The position numbers and the translations under genes were made by a program. A stretch of DNA of 64,000 nt, from contig OZ242326.1 in the NCBI GenBank assembly GCA_965208325.1, positions 544,001 through 608,000 of the forward strand. The letters are read 5' to 3'. Positions 49,893-60,454 of this stretch are shown here, piece after piece; positions within the stretch are counted from its first letter, which is position 1; every line of letters starts with the position of its first letter. The notes under the pieces are model-generated. The model was not told where the DNA came from, made no database searches, and was given only the letters and a program-made list of their open reading frames with translations. The DNA is from Candidatus Poribacteria bacterium. Lineage in GTDB: Bacteria; Poribacteria; WGA-4E; PCPOR2b.

Positions 49893-51581
49893 ATGAAAAA
49901 TACCGAAAGGAAAACAAAAATTAATAAGTATATCCAATCCTACAAACACTGTCTTTATGCAATTCTTATCTCGCCAAGCAATCAGGCGGACCGCTACCGA
50001 CGAAGTCTGCTTTCCATAGTGGTTCTTGGAGGGTTCTTATCGGGCTGCACGCCACTGTTCGGCAAAGAGGTTAATCCGATACCCCTTGCCTCCGAGGAAT
50101 TTTCTCTCAAGCATTACGAAATCGTCATTGGCACAGCAAAACACCAAACCGTTTTGACAGGATTTCTTCTTGGCGGTATTACCGCGGAACTTGTGGTGGT
50201 GAGCATCGACACGGCGCATAATCGTCGGTTATTCCTGTACAAATTTGACAACGAAAGTTGGGCGATAACGCTCGACGCATCGCTGCGACCGGAAGTGCTG
50301 TTCGTCGACGTGGTTAACATCAAGGGACGCGACCGATTGATTACTTATGAGCACGGTCGCATTAATTGGTTCGAGCCCGAAACATCAATCGAGCACTTGC
50401 TGGTTGAGGTTAGTGCGAAAATCCCGCCTCCCAAAATTGAAGTCCCGCATGTTGATATTACGCGGGACCTCAACGGTGATGATCGAGACGATATAGTCCT
50501 GCCGGATGCCGACGGCTTCTGGGTGTTTATCCAGTTGAACGATGGTGCATTCGCCGATCCGGTAAAGATTGGTCCCTCGTTTAAGATGGATGAAATTTAC
50601 ACGGGCGACGGGTACCGGTTCATCCCGTGGAATGAAAGTCGCGTCCACGAGGTGGACTATAACCGAGATGGGCGCATTGACCTCGTCTTCTGGCGTGATG
50701 ACCACTTTGTAGTTCATCATCAAGATGAGAATGGGCTGTTTTCTCCAGATACGGAGACCTTCTGTACGGAGGTGGGATTCGATTCGGACGACCTTTCATC
50801 GCTTGTCGCGCCCGAGGGGGTGCGTGGCAGGCGTTTTGATCACGGTGCCCCTGGAGTCATGACGGGAAGAGTGTTGCACGAATTGACCGATATGAACCAT
50901 GACGGTGTCGCCGACCTGGCAGTATTTTCTTTGCAGGCGGGGAATGGCCGCCTATTCGGTCAGACATCCAAGTTGTGGGGTATGCGCTCAACTTACGAGG
51001 TGCACTTTGGGGTGCCGGCCCCGGGCGCAACTGAATTCGGATTAGAGGTTGACACCATGATTCGGGCAGACGGAATCCCGTTCGAGATAGCTGCGCGCGA
51101 CTTCGACCACGATGGTCATGTCGATGTGATGTTCACGGTCATTAATCCGGGTATCTTCAAAATCATCGGTATGTTGGTAAGGGGGATGGCCACGGATTCC
51201 ACGTTGCTAGATCTTAATCTCTACCGCTTGAAAGACAACTCGTACTCCGACAAGCCCAACACTACTCGCAAAATCAAAGCGTATACTCCCGGTGATTCAG
51301 GGGAGAAAGCCATGCACTTTCCGTCGTTGCTCTGTGGGGACGTATCCGGCGACGGACACTCGGACCTTTTGGTACAGAATGGACGGAAAGAACTGTACGT
51401 CTTCATCGGCGAGCGCGGCCCAAATATGTTCGTTCGGAAGCCTAAAAAGCTAGCAGTCAACATGCCGTACGAGGAATACACCCAGTTGATAGATCTTAAC
51501 GGCGACGGCTTGTATGATGTCCTCATGCATCACCCGTCTTTCGCAGAACCGCATCGGGTGACGATGCTTATTGCTCAATGA
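49893..51581 (+). CDS. FG-GAP/VCBS repeat lipoprotein (beta-propeller)
   Basis: Lipobox FLSGC and six D-x-[NDS]-x-D-[GD]-x2-D motifs (DLNGDDRDD, DYNRDGRID, DMNHDGVAD, DFDHDGHVD, DVSGDGHSD, DLNGDGLYD). The true start may lie downstream. Confidence 0.8.
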   Translation: MKNTERKTKINKYIQSYKHCLYAILISPSNQADRYRRSLLSIVVLGGFLSGCTPLFGKEVNPIPLASEEFSLKHYEIVIGTAKHQTVLTGFLLGGITAELVVVSIDTAHNRRLFLYKFDNESWAITLDASLRPEVLFVDVVNIKGRDRLITYEHGRINWFEPETSIEHLLVEVSAKIPPPKIEVPHVDITRDLNGDDRDDIVLPDADGFWVFIQLNDGAFADPVKIGPSFKMDEIYTGDGYRFIPWNESRVHEVDYNRDGRIDLVFWRDDHFVVHHQDENGLFSPDTETFCTEVGFDSDDLSSLVAPEGVRGRRFDHGAPGVMTGRVLHELTDMNHDGVADLAVFSLQAGNGRLFGQTSKLWGMRSTYEVHFGVPAPGATEFGLEVDTMIRADGIPFEIAARDFDHDGHVDVMFTVINPGIFKIIGMLVRGMATDSTLLDLNLYRLKDNSYSDKPNTTRKIKAYTPGDSGEKAMHFPSLLCGDVSGDGHSDLLVQNGRKELYVFIGERGPNMFVRKPKKLAVNMPYEEYTQLIDLNGDGLYDVLMHHPSFAEPHRVTMLIAQ

Positions 51582-51619
51582 CTAAAACAACTAAAATAGA
51601 TTGATAGGAGGAATTTACT

Positions 51620-52186
51620 ATGGGATTCACAGCGAAACACGATTCAACCCGAAATTCAGCGGCAATATTAATCGCAACATTAGCTTGTGTATGTTTGGCT
51701 TTAATTTTCAGTTTTTCGACGCAAGCACACGCATCTGATCTCACCAAAAATTTTGGTATCGGACTTCAGGGAGCCACACCTGCATTTGGCGGAATTAGTT
51801 TTCGCTACAACGCGCTTGCCCCCGTCTATCTTCAAACCGTTGGACGTTTTATTCTCAATAATCAGGACAGCGACCATATGTTAGGCGCTGGCGTTTCTTA
51901 TGCCATTTTTGAGCATAAAGGCAGGCGGAACTTAGCCCGGCTGTATTTTAGTTTAGAAGGTGGCTGGCGGTATGAAGAAGAGCAGAAGCACGGCGGCTCA
52001 ATGGTGGAAACCACAACACTAGCAGCAGGAATCGCTTTTGGAGGTGAACTGGTGTTTTCATTTGGAGGGATTCCACTCGGCTTAAACGCGGAAGTAGGTC
52101 AAGGGTTTGGCAGGGAAAAAGACACTTCTCAATCCAACGGTATTGCCGGCGTTTACGTAGGAACGGGAATACATGCCTATTTTTGA
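51620..52186 (+). CDS. Small outer-membrane beta-barrel protein
   Basis: AGGAGG RBS, signal peptide ending AHA, Gly/aromatic strands and C-terminal GIHAYF. Confidence 0.7.
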   Translation: MGFTAKHDSTRNSAAILIATLACVCLALIFSFSTQAHASDLTKNFGIGLQGATPAFGGISFRYNALAPVYLQTVGRFILNNQDSDHMLGAGVSYAIFEHKGRRNLARLYFSLEGGWRYEEEQKHGGSMVETTTLAAGIAFGGELVFSFGGIPLGLNAEVGQGFGREKDTSQSNGIAGVYVGTGIHAYF

Positions 52187-52305
52187 ATCTCAATAGGCAT
52201 TACGCAGTTGATCGCTTAGTAGCCTCGTGTTGTTAATTTAAACCTCGTAATAAGTGGTTTTTTGGCGGACGCAACCCATGCCATCACCAATTCCGGACAC
52301 ATATG

Positions 52306-53622
52306 TCATGTTAAATAAGGTTTGATGTAGGCGAGCGTCCGTTGGGTAGCTCCCAGATTTTCCTCAATGGTTTCCATCGCAATTTTCCCCATTCGATCGC
52401 ACAGACCTGGGTTGGATAGAAGCAATTTAATCACATCAGCCATCTCTTCGACAGTATTGACCAAACGTGCCGCGCCCTGGTTTTTCAGTAGGTATGCTTC
52501 ATGCGCATTATGGATGGTAGGACCGAATAATATAGGTTTTGCCACTGCGGCTGGCTCCATCACGTTGTGTACGCTTCCGTTAAAACTTCCGCCGACAAAC
52601 GCTAAATTTCCCAGGCGATAGAGTTTTGCGAGCATACCCACTTTGTCAATTACGATTGCATCAATTTTGCTTAAGTCGTCCCCTGCTTTCAGCTGCGAAT
52701 AACACGTATGTGTAAGTCGTTGCCGATCCAATTTAGTCCGAATTTCTGAGATTCGTACCGCTGTAGGCTCGTGGGGGACCAGGATTAAATGCGGCATGTC
52801 CTGCGGCGAATCTAAGCGTAGGAGACGGCATGCTCCAAGCAGAACTCGTTCATCTGTCGAGTAAGTGCTTCCCGCGATTAATATGGGACGCTTTAAGGTA
52901 GATTGCCCGGGGAAGAATCCATCGTCGGAATCAACCGCGGCAGCATGTTGATAAACCCGATCAAAACGAGTATCCCCCGTAACTTGGATTTGAGTGTTTA
53001 ACGGGCAAATGCGGCGAAACCGTTGCGCGTCGAGGTTTGAGATAACGCAATGCACCGAAATGTGACGATGGACGCACTTGAAAAAAGACCGGGCTAAGGG
53101 CGTCAACCGTTTGGATTTTGCATGCAGCGATCCGGCGATGAGGATGATTGGTACCCCAAGTTTGGATGCGGTCCAGACTAAATTGGGCCATATGTCGAAC
53201 TTGGAAAAGACTAGGACGGACGGCTTGATGCATTGAATGAGCCGTTTAGTGTTACGAATGGTATCAAGAGGAAGATAAGAGGCCGCATCGAAATGCGGAT
53301 ATTTTGCAATGTTGGGATGAACCGAAGGGGAGAAGTAGGTTAGAACGATGCGCGTGTCGTCTTTAACGGCTTCGATTAGCGGTTTGGCTTGCTCGAATTC
53401 GCCAACGGATGTGAAATGAAACCAAGCCGTTCGGTCGAGGTCTCGTGTGGACTCCAACTGGCTTTTCAAATTCGTTATAACGTATCGTCTGCCGGTTATC
53501 CCCTCACGAGCCTTTGCGTTGAACCTTGCACTTATGTGGAATCCGACGAACAACGCGGGAACTACGATTGTGTTATAGAACGCTCTCCAAATTATAGCCA
53601 TCGAAAATGCGTTCCTTAACAA
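52306..53622 (-). CDS. waaA: 3-deoxy-D-manno-octulosonic acid transferase
   Basis: WFH..SVGEFEQ, YLPLD, WPN, TGDTRFD, AGST, VPHEP and FVGGSF...HN..EPA motifs. Confidence 0.92.
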   Translation of the reverse strand: MLRNAFSMAIIWRAFYNTIVVPALFVGFHISARFNAKAREGITGRRYVITNLKSQLESTRDLDRTAWFHFTSVGEFEQAKPLIEAVKDDTRIVLTYFSPSVHPNIAKYPHFDAASYLPLDTIRNTKRLIQCIKPSVLVFSKFDIWPNLVWTASKLGVPIILIAGSLHAKSKRLTPLARSFFKCVHRHISVHCVISNLDAQRFRRICPLNTQIQVTGDTRFDRVYQHAAAVDSDDGFFPGQSTLKRPILIAGSTYSTDERVLLGACRLLRLDSPQDMPHLILVPHEPTAVRISEIRTKLDRQRLTHTCYSQLKAGDDLSKIDAIVIDKVGMLAKLYRLGNLAFVGGSFNGSVHNVMEPAAVAKPILFGPTIHNAHEAYLLKNQGAARLVNTVEEMADVIKLLLSNPGLCDRMGKIAMETIEENLGATQRTLAYIKPYLT

Positions 53623-53699
53623 TTGAACGAATGGACCGGGCGCAATACGTAAAGTGTTTCCGTTTTACGCATTGTTGCCTCCGTTTCGCTATCCATTAT

Positions 53700-54026
53700 C
53701 TACAACGCGGAGAGAATCTTTTCCTTCAACGCGCCTTTTGGTAATGCGCCGACAATCTGCCCTTTAACCTCCCCATCACCAAACACTAGCAGCGTGGGGA
53801 TGCTGAGGACGCGGTATTTCATTGCAGTTTCACGATTGTCATCAACATTGAGCTTGCCGACTTTGAACTGGCCGGTATGTTCGTCGGCAAGTTCTTCCAA
53901 GATTGGCGCAATCATCTTGCACGGTCCGCACCATTCCGCCCAAAAATCAACAACGATCGGCATTTCCGAATTTAAAACAGTTTCCTCAAATGTGTCGTCA
54001 GTTATTTCTAAAACATTTTTAGCCAT
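53700..54026 (-). CDS. trxA: Thioredoxin
   Basis: VDFWAEWCGPCK and SIPTL motifs. Confidence 0.97.
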   Translation of the reverse strand: MAKNVLEITDDTFEETVLNSEMPIVVDFWAEWCGPCKMIAPILEELADEHTGQFKVGKLNVDDNRETAMKYRVLSIPTLLVFGDGEVKGQIVGALPKGALKEKILSAL

Positions 54027-54323
54027 TGGGATTTCTCCTAATCAACTCATTTAATCACAAAAAATAAAAACCGAGGTGTTTGCCGCGCCGTGAACTTCTG
54101 CAATCTACATTGAAATTGCCAAACTCAAATATTTTTCAATAATTGTCAATGGATACCTAATATGATACCCTAGAAAAGAGGATTTATCATTAGGCACGCG
54201 ATCTAGCATTTGGGACGATGACGAAGCGCCCAATTAGTCTAAGCCGCCCGCAAAATTAATGGGGAAAACAATGACGGAGTGCATTCTTAACACTTTGATC
54301 GGTGCACCGCGGAGTGTAGTCTG

Positions 54324-55136
54324 ATGCTGATTCGTTCTACTTCAAACTTACACATCAAATACATTCGGATGTTGTGCGAAAAACGCATGGCGCGGAATAC
54401 CCACTATGAGTTTTTCGTAGAAGGAGTACGCGCAGTCTCTGAAGCAATCAGTCACGGTTGGAATGTGAAAAAACTGATTTTTTGTCCGTCGCTGGTCCGA
54501 TCAGATTGGGCAAAGAAGATAGTCGCTGAATCCGATCGATTAATTCACCTTCAAATTTCAGAAAACCTGCACAGCAAATTGTGCGACCGAAACGATTTAG
54601 AATTGATGGCAATCATTTCGCAAGTTGAGGACGATATTGACCGCATCCCGATTGAATCAAATCTTCTTGTCATCGCAGCGGAAAATCCGCAGAATCGAGG
54701 CAATTTGGGGACAATCATCAGATCCGCGGACGCTATGGGCGCACACGGAGTATTAATAATGGAGCCCGCTGTCGATCTCTATGATCCCAAAACAGTTCGA
54801 GCCACGATGGGATCTCTGTTTGCATTACCTGTAATTCGGATTAAATGCCACTCATTCTTCGGGAGTTGGCGTGAAAAAGTTCGTGCGGCTCTCGGCGCAT
54901 TCCAAGTCATTGGAACTAGCCCACATGCGTCAACAACAATCGACAAGGTCGACTTTACGGTTCCAACGCTGCTAGTTGTTGGGAATGAACAATCCGGAAT
55001 CAGCAAACAGCTTGAAACAATGTGTGATGCGTTGATTTCTATCCCAATGTCAGGGTCGGCGGATTCTCTGAACAGTGCGATCGCTGCGTCAGTCGCCCTC
55101 TACGAAGCCAATCGTCAACGAATTGCAAGCAAGTGA
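54324..55136 (+). CDS. TrmH/SpoU family RNA methyltransferase
   Basis: VEG.R.V.EA, GNLGTIIRSADA.G, VRATMGS, VGNE..G and IPM.G.ADSLN.A motifs. Confidence 0.92.
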   Translation: MLIRSTSNLHIKYIRMLCEKRMARNTHYEFFVEGVRAVSEAISHGWNVKKLIFCPSLVRSDWAKKIVAESDRLIHLQISENLHSKLCDRNDLELMAIISQVEDDIDRIPIESNLLVIAAENPQNRGNLGTIIRSADAMGAHGVLIMEPAVDLYDPKTVRATMGSLFALPVIRIKCHSFFGSWREKVRAALGAFQVIGTSPHASTTIDKVDFTVPTLLVVGNEQSGISKQLETMCDALISIPMSGSADSLNSAIAASVALYEANRQRIASK

Positions 55137-55199
55137 AACAATCGTGCCTGCTATTGTTCATCCAGTCCAATCACCGCGTAAAACCGCTAAATTTAAAAC

Positions 55200-55304
55200 T
55201 TAAGCCGTCTTTTTTAACGTCTGTTTTTTTCTTTTTAGGCGGCGTTTTTGTTGCTGATGAATGAGTGTCCTTCGTCGAACTCGTCCACTCTTGCTGCGCG
55301 CCAT
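55200..55304 (-). CDS. Small, highly basic 34-aa protein (absent from the ORF track)
   Basis: MARSKSGRVRRRTLIHQQQKRRLKRKKQTLKKTA*, preceded by the Shine-Dalgarno AAGGAGGTGA (55318-55309), right after the 55323 gene stop. Confidence 0.7.
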   Translation of the reverse strand: MARSKSGRVRRRTLIHQQQKRRLKRKKQTLKKTA

Positions 55305-55322
55305 TGAATCACCTCCTTACCA

Positions 55323-56366
55323 CTATTCATCCAACACCTTTGCAAGATAAAACACAGATTTACCACAGAGTTGTTCTATCTCTTGCATGGCATCGTTTAA
55401 TTGTGCCTTTCGAGGACATTGGAGCAGGAGTCTATCCGCCGTAAGGGTAACATATCGGTGCTGTGTTTTGTGTGAATATTGAGCTTGTTGTTCCCCATCT
55501 GTGGTGAGTCGATATCCATCTCCCAATTCGAACGTCTGACGCACTCTCTCCCAATCCAAGTTCTTGTACAATGCTTTTGCAGGCAACTCCCTCGGTGTAG
55601 GCGTCTGAGATGTCTGAGTGGGTTCATCTTCATCCGAAAAATAATCTGCAATATCGCTCGATTTTTGAAAGCCATTGTCTAAGCCGTCAGAAACCTGTTC
55701 ATCAATTGTGTGTATCTGCCGATCTCGAATGTTCTCACCCTGGCTTATCGCTAGTAAATCGTAAATTACCCATTGTATCGCTTCGTGCTCATCCCGTCCA
55801 AGTTGAGATTGGGTAGACACGGTTTCAAGCGTACGAACACAAATGTTCAAGATGAGTGGATGGAAATTAAGTGATGCTGGTTCAGCAAGATCAAAAAACA
55901 TTCGCGTAACCACTGCAATCTCCGCTTTTTCCCTAGCGCCAATACGTTTTAGCCGCGTTTCGCAGGCTTTAAGCGACTGGGAAATTAGTTGGAGGAAATT
56001 GGGTGTAATCAGGCAGGGCAGCACTTCGTCGCGGAATTTTTCAGAAATCGTTTCCATCCAATCCTCGCCTCGCGTCAATTCGTCCTGGTCTTCGGATCGC
56101 ACGAAGTTTGGAGGGGGGAGGTGAAGCAATTCACGAATTGCTTGATAGAGGCGCTCTGTATTAAATCTGACTTTCTCTAGTTCAGGTTCGTTAACTAGCA
56201 ACCCGCTTTTCATAATTCTGTCTTGTAACTGTTCTCCATCTGATTTTGCACTCTCTAGCATGCGCTGCTTTCTGAATGCCATCTGCCGCTGCCGGGATTT
56301 TCCAACCTGATTCCGTTTCGCACGTTTATGTGCAATATTGAGTTGCCGATTCTTTTTTCTCGCCAT
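55323..56366 (-). CDS. Hypothetical protein with a basic N-terminus
   Basis: Long ORF, likely starting at MARKKNRQ (56366); no recognised family. Confidence 0.65.
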   Translation of the reverse strand: MARKKNRQLNIAHKRAKRNQVGKSRQRQMAFRKQRMLESAKSDGEQLQDRIMKSGLLVNEPELEKVRFNTERLYQAIRELLHLPPPNFVRSEDQDELTRGEDWMETISEKFRDEVLPCLITPNFLQLISQSLKACETRLKRIGAREKAEIAVVTRMFFDLAEPASLNFHPLILNICVRTLETVSTQSQLGRDEHEAIQWVIYDLLAISQGENIRDRQIHTIDEQVSDGLDNGFQKSSDIADYFSDEDEPTQTSQTPTPRELPAKALYKNLDWERVRQTFELGDGYRLTTDGEQQAQYSHKTQHRYVTLTADRLLLQCPRKAQLNDAMQEIEQLCGKSVFYLAKVLDE

Positions 56367-56660
56367 TTTTGATCCGGATGCCACGGTGTCAGTGCGCGTT
56401 GTTCCAATTTGTTGGATCGAACGCAGGAAAGTATACAAAATGAGCACAAAAATGTCAACACAAGGATTTCTAGGTTATGGTATGAAATCTCAAGCGTAAA
56501 ATGTAGCCCAAATAGATTCCGAATCCTTATCAATTCAAATGATCACGCCCTCATCTTTCGCGCAACGATCCTGTGCGGAAGCGTTTTGGATTTCACGTTA
56601 GTTGGACTGTGAAGGTTTAAATTCTGCCCGAATATTCCTTCCATCCAAATGCACCCTGTT

Positions 56661-59036
56661 CTAATGTCTTGGGCTAAGCGCTTTTGCAAAGACCTGGTCA
56701 ACCCGGTCTACAAACACGAAATCAAGCCCTTCTTTTGCATCATCTGGAATTTCTGCGAGATCTATTTCATTTCGCTTCGGAATAATAAAGGTTTTTATTC
56801 CCGCTTGTTTAGCCGCGAGGATTTTTTCCTTTACGCCGCCAATTGGTAGTACACGTCCTCTTAATGTAATTTCTCCTGTCATGGCAATTTCAGGATTAAC
56901 GCTTTGCCCAGTGGCAAGCGACGTGAGCGCTGTCGCAATTGTGATACCGGCAGAAGGTCCATCTTTCGGAATGGCGCCCGCTGGCACGTGTACGTGAATG
57001 TCATTCTTCCTGAAGAAATCCGGGTTAAATCCTAATTCTCCGGCTTTAGACTTGACGTAACTCAAAGCTGCCTGAGCAGATTCCTGCATCACCTCACTAA
57101 GATGGCCCGTCAAGACGAGTTTGCTTTCACCACTCATGCTTGTCGCTTCAACAAATAAAATTTCCCCGCCAAAAGCGGTAACCGACATTCCCGTTGCGAC
57201 TCCCACTTCTTCCTCTTGTTCGGCAATTTCAGAATGGAATTTGATTGGACCGAGGTAATCCGAAATCCCGATGGGGGTCACATGTGTAAATTGGGCGCCG
57301 CGTTCGGCAATCTTGCGGGCGGCTTTCCGGCAAATTGCTCCCAACTCACGTTCAAGATTTCGGACGCCTGCCTCACGAGTATACGCTTCAATCACTGTAC
57401 GAATCGCGTCGTCCGAAATTGAGAGCAATTCGCTACTGATTCCGTGAGCTTCCAATTGTCGTGGAATAAGATACTGTTTGGCAATTCCCGTTTTTTCATT
57501 AGTGGTATAGCCAGGCAGCTCCAGAATTTCCATACGGTCTCGTAGGGGGGAAGGGATGGTGTGAAGCTGGTTAGCGGTTGTAATAAACATCACTTTTGAC
57601 AAGTCAAACGGGGTGTCAATGTAGTTATCCACAAACGTATTGTTTTGTTCAGGGTCAAGCACTTCAAGCAACGCCGCCGCGGGATCGCCTCTAAAATCCG
57701 ATCCGAGCTTATCGATTTCGTCTAACATAAAAACCGGATTATTGGATTCTGCTTGACGCAGTCCTTTTATAATTCGCCCCGGCATTGAGCCGATATATGT
57801 TCTCCGATGTCCTCGAATCTCCGCTTCATCGTGTAAGCCGCCTAAAGAGATACGGACGAAATTCCTACCCATGGTTCTCGCAATTGATTTCCCTAATGAA
57901 GTCTTTCCGACCCCAGGAGGACCCACAAAGCAGAGAATCGGCCCTTTCATATCTTGCTTGAGCATGCGTACGGCTAGATATTCCAAAATTCGATCTTTGA
58001 CTTTTTCCAAATCGTAGTGATCTTCGTCAAGAACCTGCTGAGCATGAGAGATATTGAGTTCATCTTCAGCGCAGACTGCCCATGGCAGATTAACTAGCCA
58101 ATCCAGATAATTCCGGGAAACTGTGGATTCCGGAGAGGAGGCGTGCATTTTAGACAAGCGATTGAGCTCCTTTTCCGCAACTTTGCGCGCCTTTTCGGGC
58201 ATATTTGCAGCTTCGATTTCCTGGCGAATCTCTTCCACCTCCAGTAATAAATCATCAGCCTCGCCCAACTCCGTCTGAATCGCCTTCAGTTGTTCCCGAA
58301 GGAAATATTCACGCTGTCCTTTGTTTATCACAGCTTCCGCATCCGACTGTATCTTGCTCTCTAGTTCGGTAAGATCTAACTCCTTGGTAAGTATTACAAT
58401 AAGCTGATTTAACCGGTCTTTGATAGGAATTGTTTCCAACAACAACTGTTTATCGTCGGGTTTGAGATCGAGCACTGAGGTGATATAATCCGCAAGACGT
58501 TCCAAATCATCTAAATTATCAGCGATGATACCTAGCTCTTCCTGGTATCTTGACGATAGCTTGACGATTTTTTGAAACAGTTCAACCGCAGTTCGCTTAA
58601 GGGCTTCAATCTCAATGGTGGTTTCCTCTTTTTCATCTTGCTCAACAATTCGAACCTGTACTTTCACAAACGGTTCTGTTTGAATGACCTCTTCGATTTG
58701 AACCCTGGCACGACCTTGCGCGAGAATCAATACATTTTCATCATCTGTACGGTACTTAATTATATGGACTAACGCTCCAACCGGAGCAAAATCATCAATC
58801 ACCGGTGAATCTGTTTCCTTCAGTCTCTTAAAGACACAAATGCTTCTAGATGTGTTGATCATCGCATCATCGACAGCGGCTGTGACTGTCTTCCCAGATA
58901 ACGCTAGATGATGAGGGGAAAACGGCGGAACGGGAGGCATGTGAGGGAAAATGACGAGATCGTTCACAATTAGAACCGGAAGTTCTTTCGGAATCTCCAT
59001 ATCCGTTTTTTGTTCATTCACGAATTCATCCACCAT
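56661..59036 (-). CDS. lon: ATP-dependent protease La
   Basis: LON N-domain, [33 protein letters not shown] and IGGVKEK motifs. Confidence 0.97.
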   Translation of the reverse strand: MVDEFVNEQKTDMEIPKELPVLIVNDLVIFPHMPPVPPFSPHHLALSGKTVTAAVDDAMINTSRSICVFKRLKETDSPVIDDFAPVGALVHIIKYRTDDENVLILAQGRARVQIEEVIQTEPFVKVQVRIVEQDEKEETTIEIEALKRTAVELFQKIVKLSSRYQEELGIIADNLDDLERLADYITSVLDLKPDDKQLLLETIPIKDRLNQLIVILTKELDLTELESKIQSDAEAVINKGQREYFLREQLKAIQTELGEADDLLLEVEEIRQEIEAANMPEKARKVAEKELNRLSKMHASSPESTVSRNYLDWLVNLPWAVCAEDELNISHAQQVLDEDHYDLEKVKDRILEYLAVRMLKQDMKGPILCFVGPPGVGKTSLGKSIARTMGRNFVRISLGGLHDEAEIRGHRRTYIGSMPGRIIKGLRQAESNNPVFMLDEIDKLGSDFRGDPAAALLEVLDPEQNNTFVDNYIDTPFDLSKVMFITTANQLHTIPSPLRDRMEILELPGYTTNEKTGIAKQYLIPRQLEAHGISSELLSISDDAIRTVIEAYTREAGVRNLERELGAICRKAARKIAERGAQFTHVTPIGISDYLGPIKFHSEIAEQEEEVGVATGMSVTAFGGEILFVEATSMSGESKLVLTGHLSEVMQESAQAALSYVKSKAGELGFNPDFFRKNDIHVHVPAGAIPKDGPSAGITIATALTSLATGQSVNPEIAMTGEITLRGRVLPIGGVKEKILAAKQAGIKTFIIPKRNEIDLAEIPDDAKEGLDFVFVDRVDQVFAKALSPRH

Positions 59037-59523
59037 GATTCGCCTCCTTTAGGTCCTGTTCGTTTTTTATCTCTTTTTCATTCTGACGGCCAATTTCTTC
59101 CGATTGTTCACGATTGACTTTGGGAATATCAATCTCAAGGAAACCGCCGGCGTATCTGGCTTGAGGTTTTATAGAATCTGAGAGAACGTCTGGTAGTGCG
59201 ATAGATCGCTCAAACCGCCCATAGTTTATCTCGGCCTGATGATAATGTTGCTTTTTTAATGCGGTCCGATCTTGTCGATTACCGTTAATTGTCAAGATAT
59301 TCCCATCCAGACGAATTTGGATGTCCTCTTCCGCCTTTAGTCCAGCAACTTCAATCTTAATAACGAAGCTTTCGACAGTTTCGTAAATATCCATTGGCGG
59401 CCGCCACAGTGCGGTTTCTGGCGTCAATTTTTGGGCCGGCCGCGTAAAGGAGTCAAAATGGATTTCAAGCTCCTCCTGCAATTCAAAAAACCCCGTGATG
59501 AATTCACTGGGATTTGATTTCAC
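59026..59523 (-). CDS. Hsp20/alpha-crystallin small heat-shock protein
   Basis: W.PPMDIYET, L.I.G.R, EI.YG.FER.I.LP and A.Y..GFLEI.IPK motifs; overlaps the lon start. Confidence 0.92.
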   Translation of the reverse strand: MKSNPSEFITGFFELQEELEIHFDSFTRPAQKLTPETALWRPPMDIYETVESFVIKIEVAGLKAEEDIQIRLDGNILTINGNRQDRTALKKQHYHQAEINYGRFERSIALPDVLSDSIKPQARYAGGFLEIDIPKVNREQSEEIGRQNEKEIKNEQDLKEANHGG

Positions 59524-59695
59524 CTTCTTACTCTCCTTTTGCGCGATGATTTTTTGTTAGCGTTTATCGGCGGGGAAAATCTTGGCGGCGTAAGGCGTAA
59601 TAAGTAATTTTCAATGCAACCTGCGCTACGTGATGTGCCGACCGCGAGAGTCGAATTTTAGCGGATTCACCGCTGCAAAATTAACCAAAGAAGTG

Positions 59696-60319
59696 CTATT
59701 CAGTCAATTCCGTTTCGTTCAAGCCTTCCCCTTCCTTGAGTTTCATTCCGAGGGCGATTAGATTATTCGCCAATGTCAAACGACTAATTTTATTGTCATC
59801 CAACGAGTCCGTCTCAGTAATTAACTCATTCCTCAATGTGTCGCAGTTTCGTCGCATTTGGTCGCGCAACTCAGCTATTTGAACGGCATTTGAATTGTTA
59901 ATTTTGTCAATTTTTTCCTGCACCTCCTGGACCAACGTTTCCGCCACTATGGAAATTTTGCGAGCATCTGCGATTACTTCTCCAATTACTTGATTAATCT
60001 GTTCATTGATTTTGTTTTCAAACTCTCTTAACTCTTCATGCAAATCCACAGTCAATTCGTCAATTTTATTGGCCAATTTTGTGTCGACATCTTGGGAGAG
60101 TGCATTAAACGATTGTTGGAGGTTTTCTAACTCTGTTTCTATTACACGGAATCGGTTTTCATCCTCACGCAGCTTGGGCCCAAGAATTACTTCGCGGATA
60201 GCATCTGCTGTTTCTGTGGAAGGCGCTGATTCACCGGTTGGCGAGGGGGCAATGGTTGTTTTTTCATCTTCATGCTCATCAGAGTCTAGCGTCGGACGGG
60301 CAGGGTCAATTCTACTCAT
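59696..60319 (-). CDS. Hypothetical coiled-coil protein
   Basis: AAGGAG RBS, acidic N-terminus, IREVILG...RE.E.RF segment, then heptad repeats. Confidence 0.7.
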   Translation of the reverse strand: MSRIDPARPTLDSDEHEDEKTTIAPSPTGESAPSTETADAIREVILGPKLREDENRFRVIETELENLQQSFNALSQDVDTKLANKIDELTVDLHEELREFENKINEQINQVIGEVIADARKISIVAETLVQEVQEKIDKINNSNAVQIAELRDQMRRNCDTLRNELITETDSLDDNKISRLTLANNLIALGMKLKEGEGLNETELTE

Positions 60320-60348
60320 CTAGTTCTCCTTATCGGGACGGTTTATCG

Positions 60349-60374
60349 GACTGGCGGTCAGCACAGCAGTCTAC
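60349..60374 (-). repeat. GTAG-type REP-like palindrome
   Basis: Minus strand reads GTAGACTGctgtgctgaccgcCAGTC, an imperfect stem. Confidence 0.4.
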
Positions 60375-60454
60375 AAGCATATTCTATCAAAGGCTTTAAA
60401 CGAATGTCAAAGAAATCAGGTTGATTATGGCACGCTTGCAGGAGTCAATGCTGA

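Noticed and set aside
59524..59695. CIRCE element upstream of hsp20-lon
   Set aside because: TTAGCACTC-N9-GAGTGCTAA is not present.
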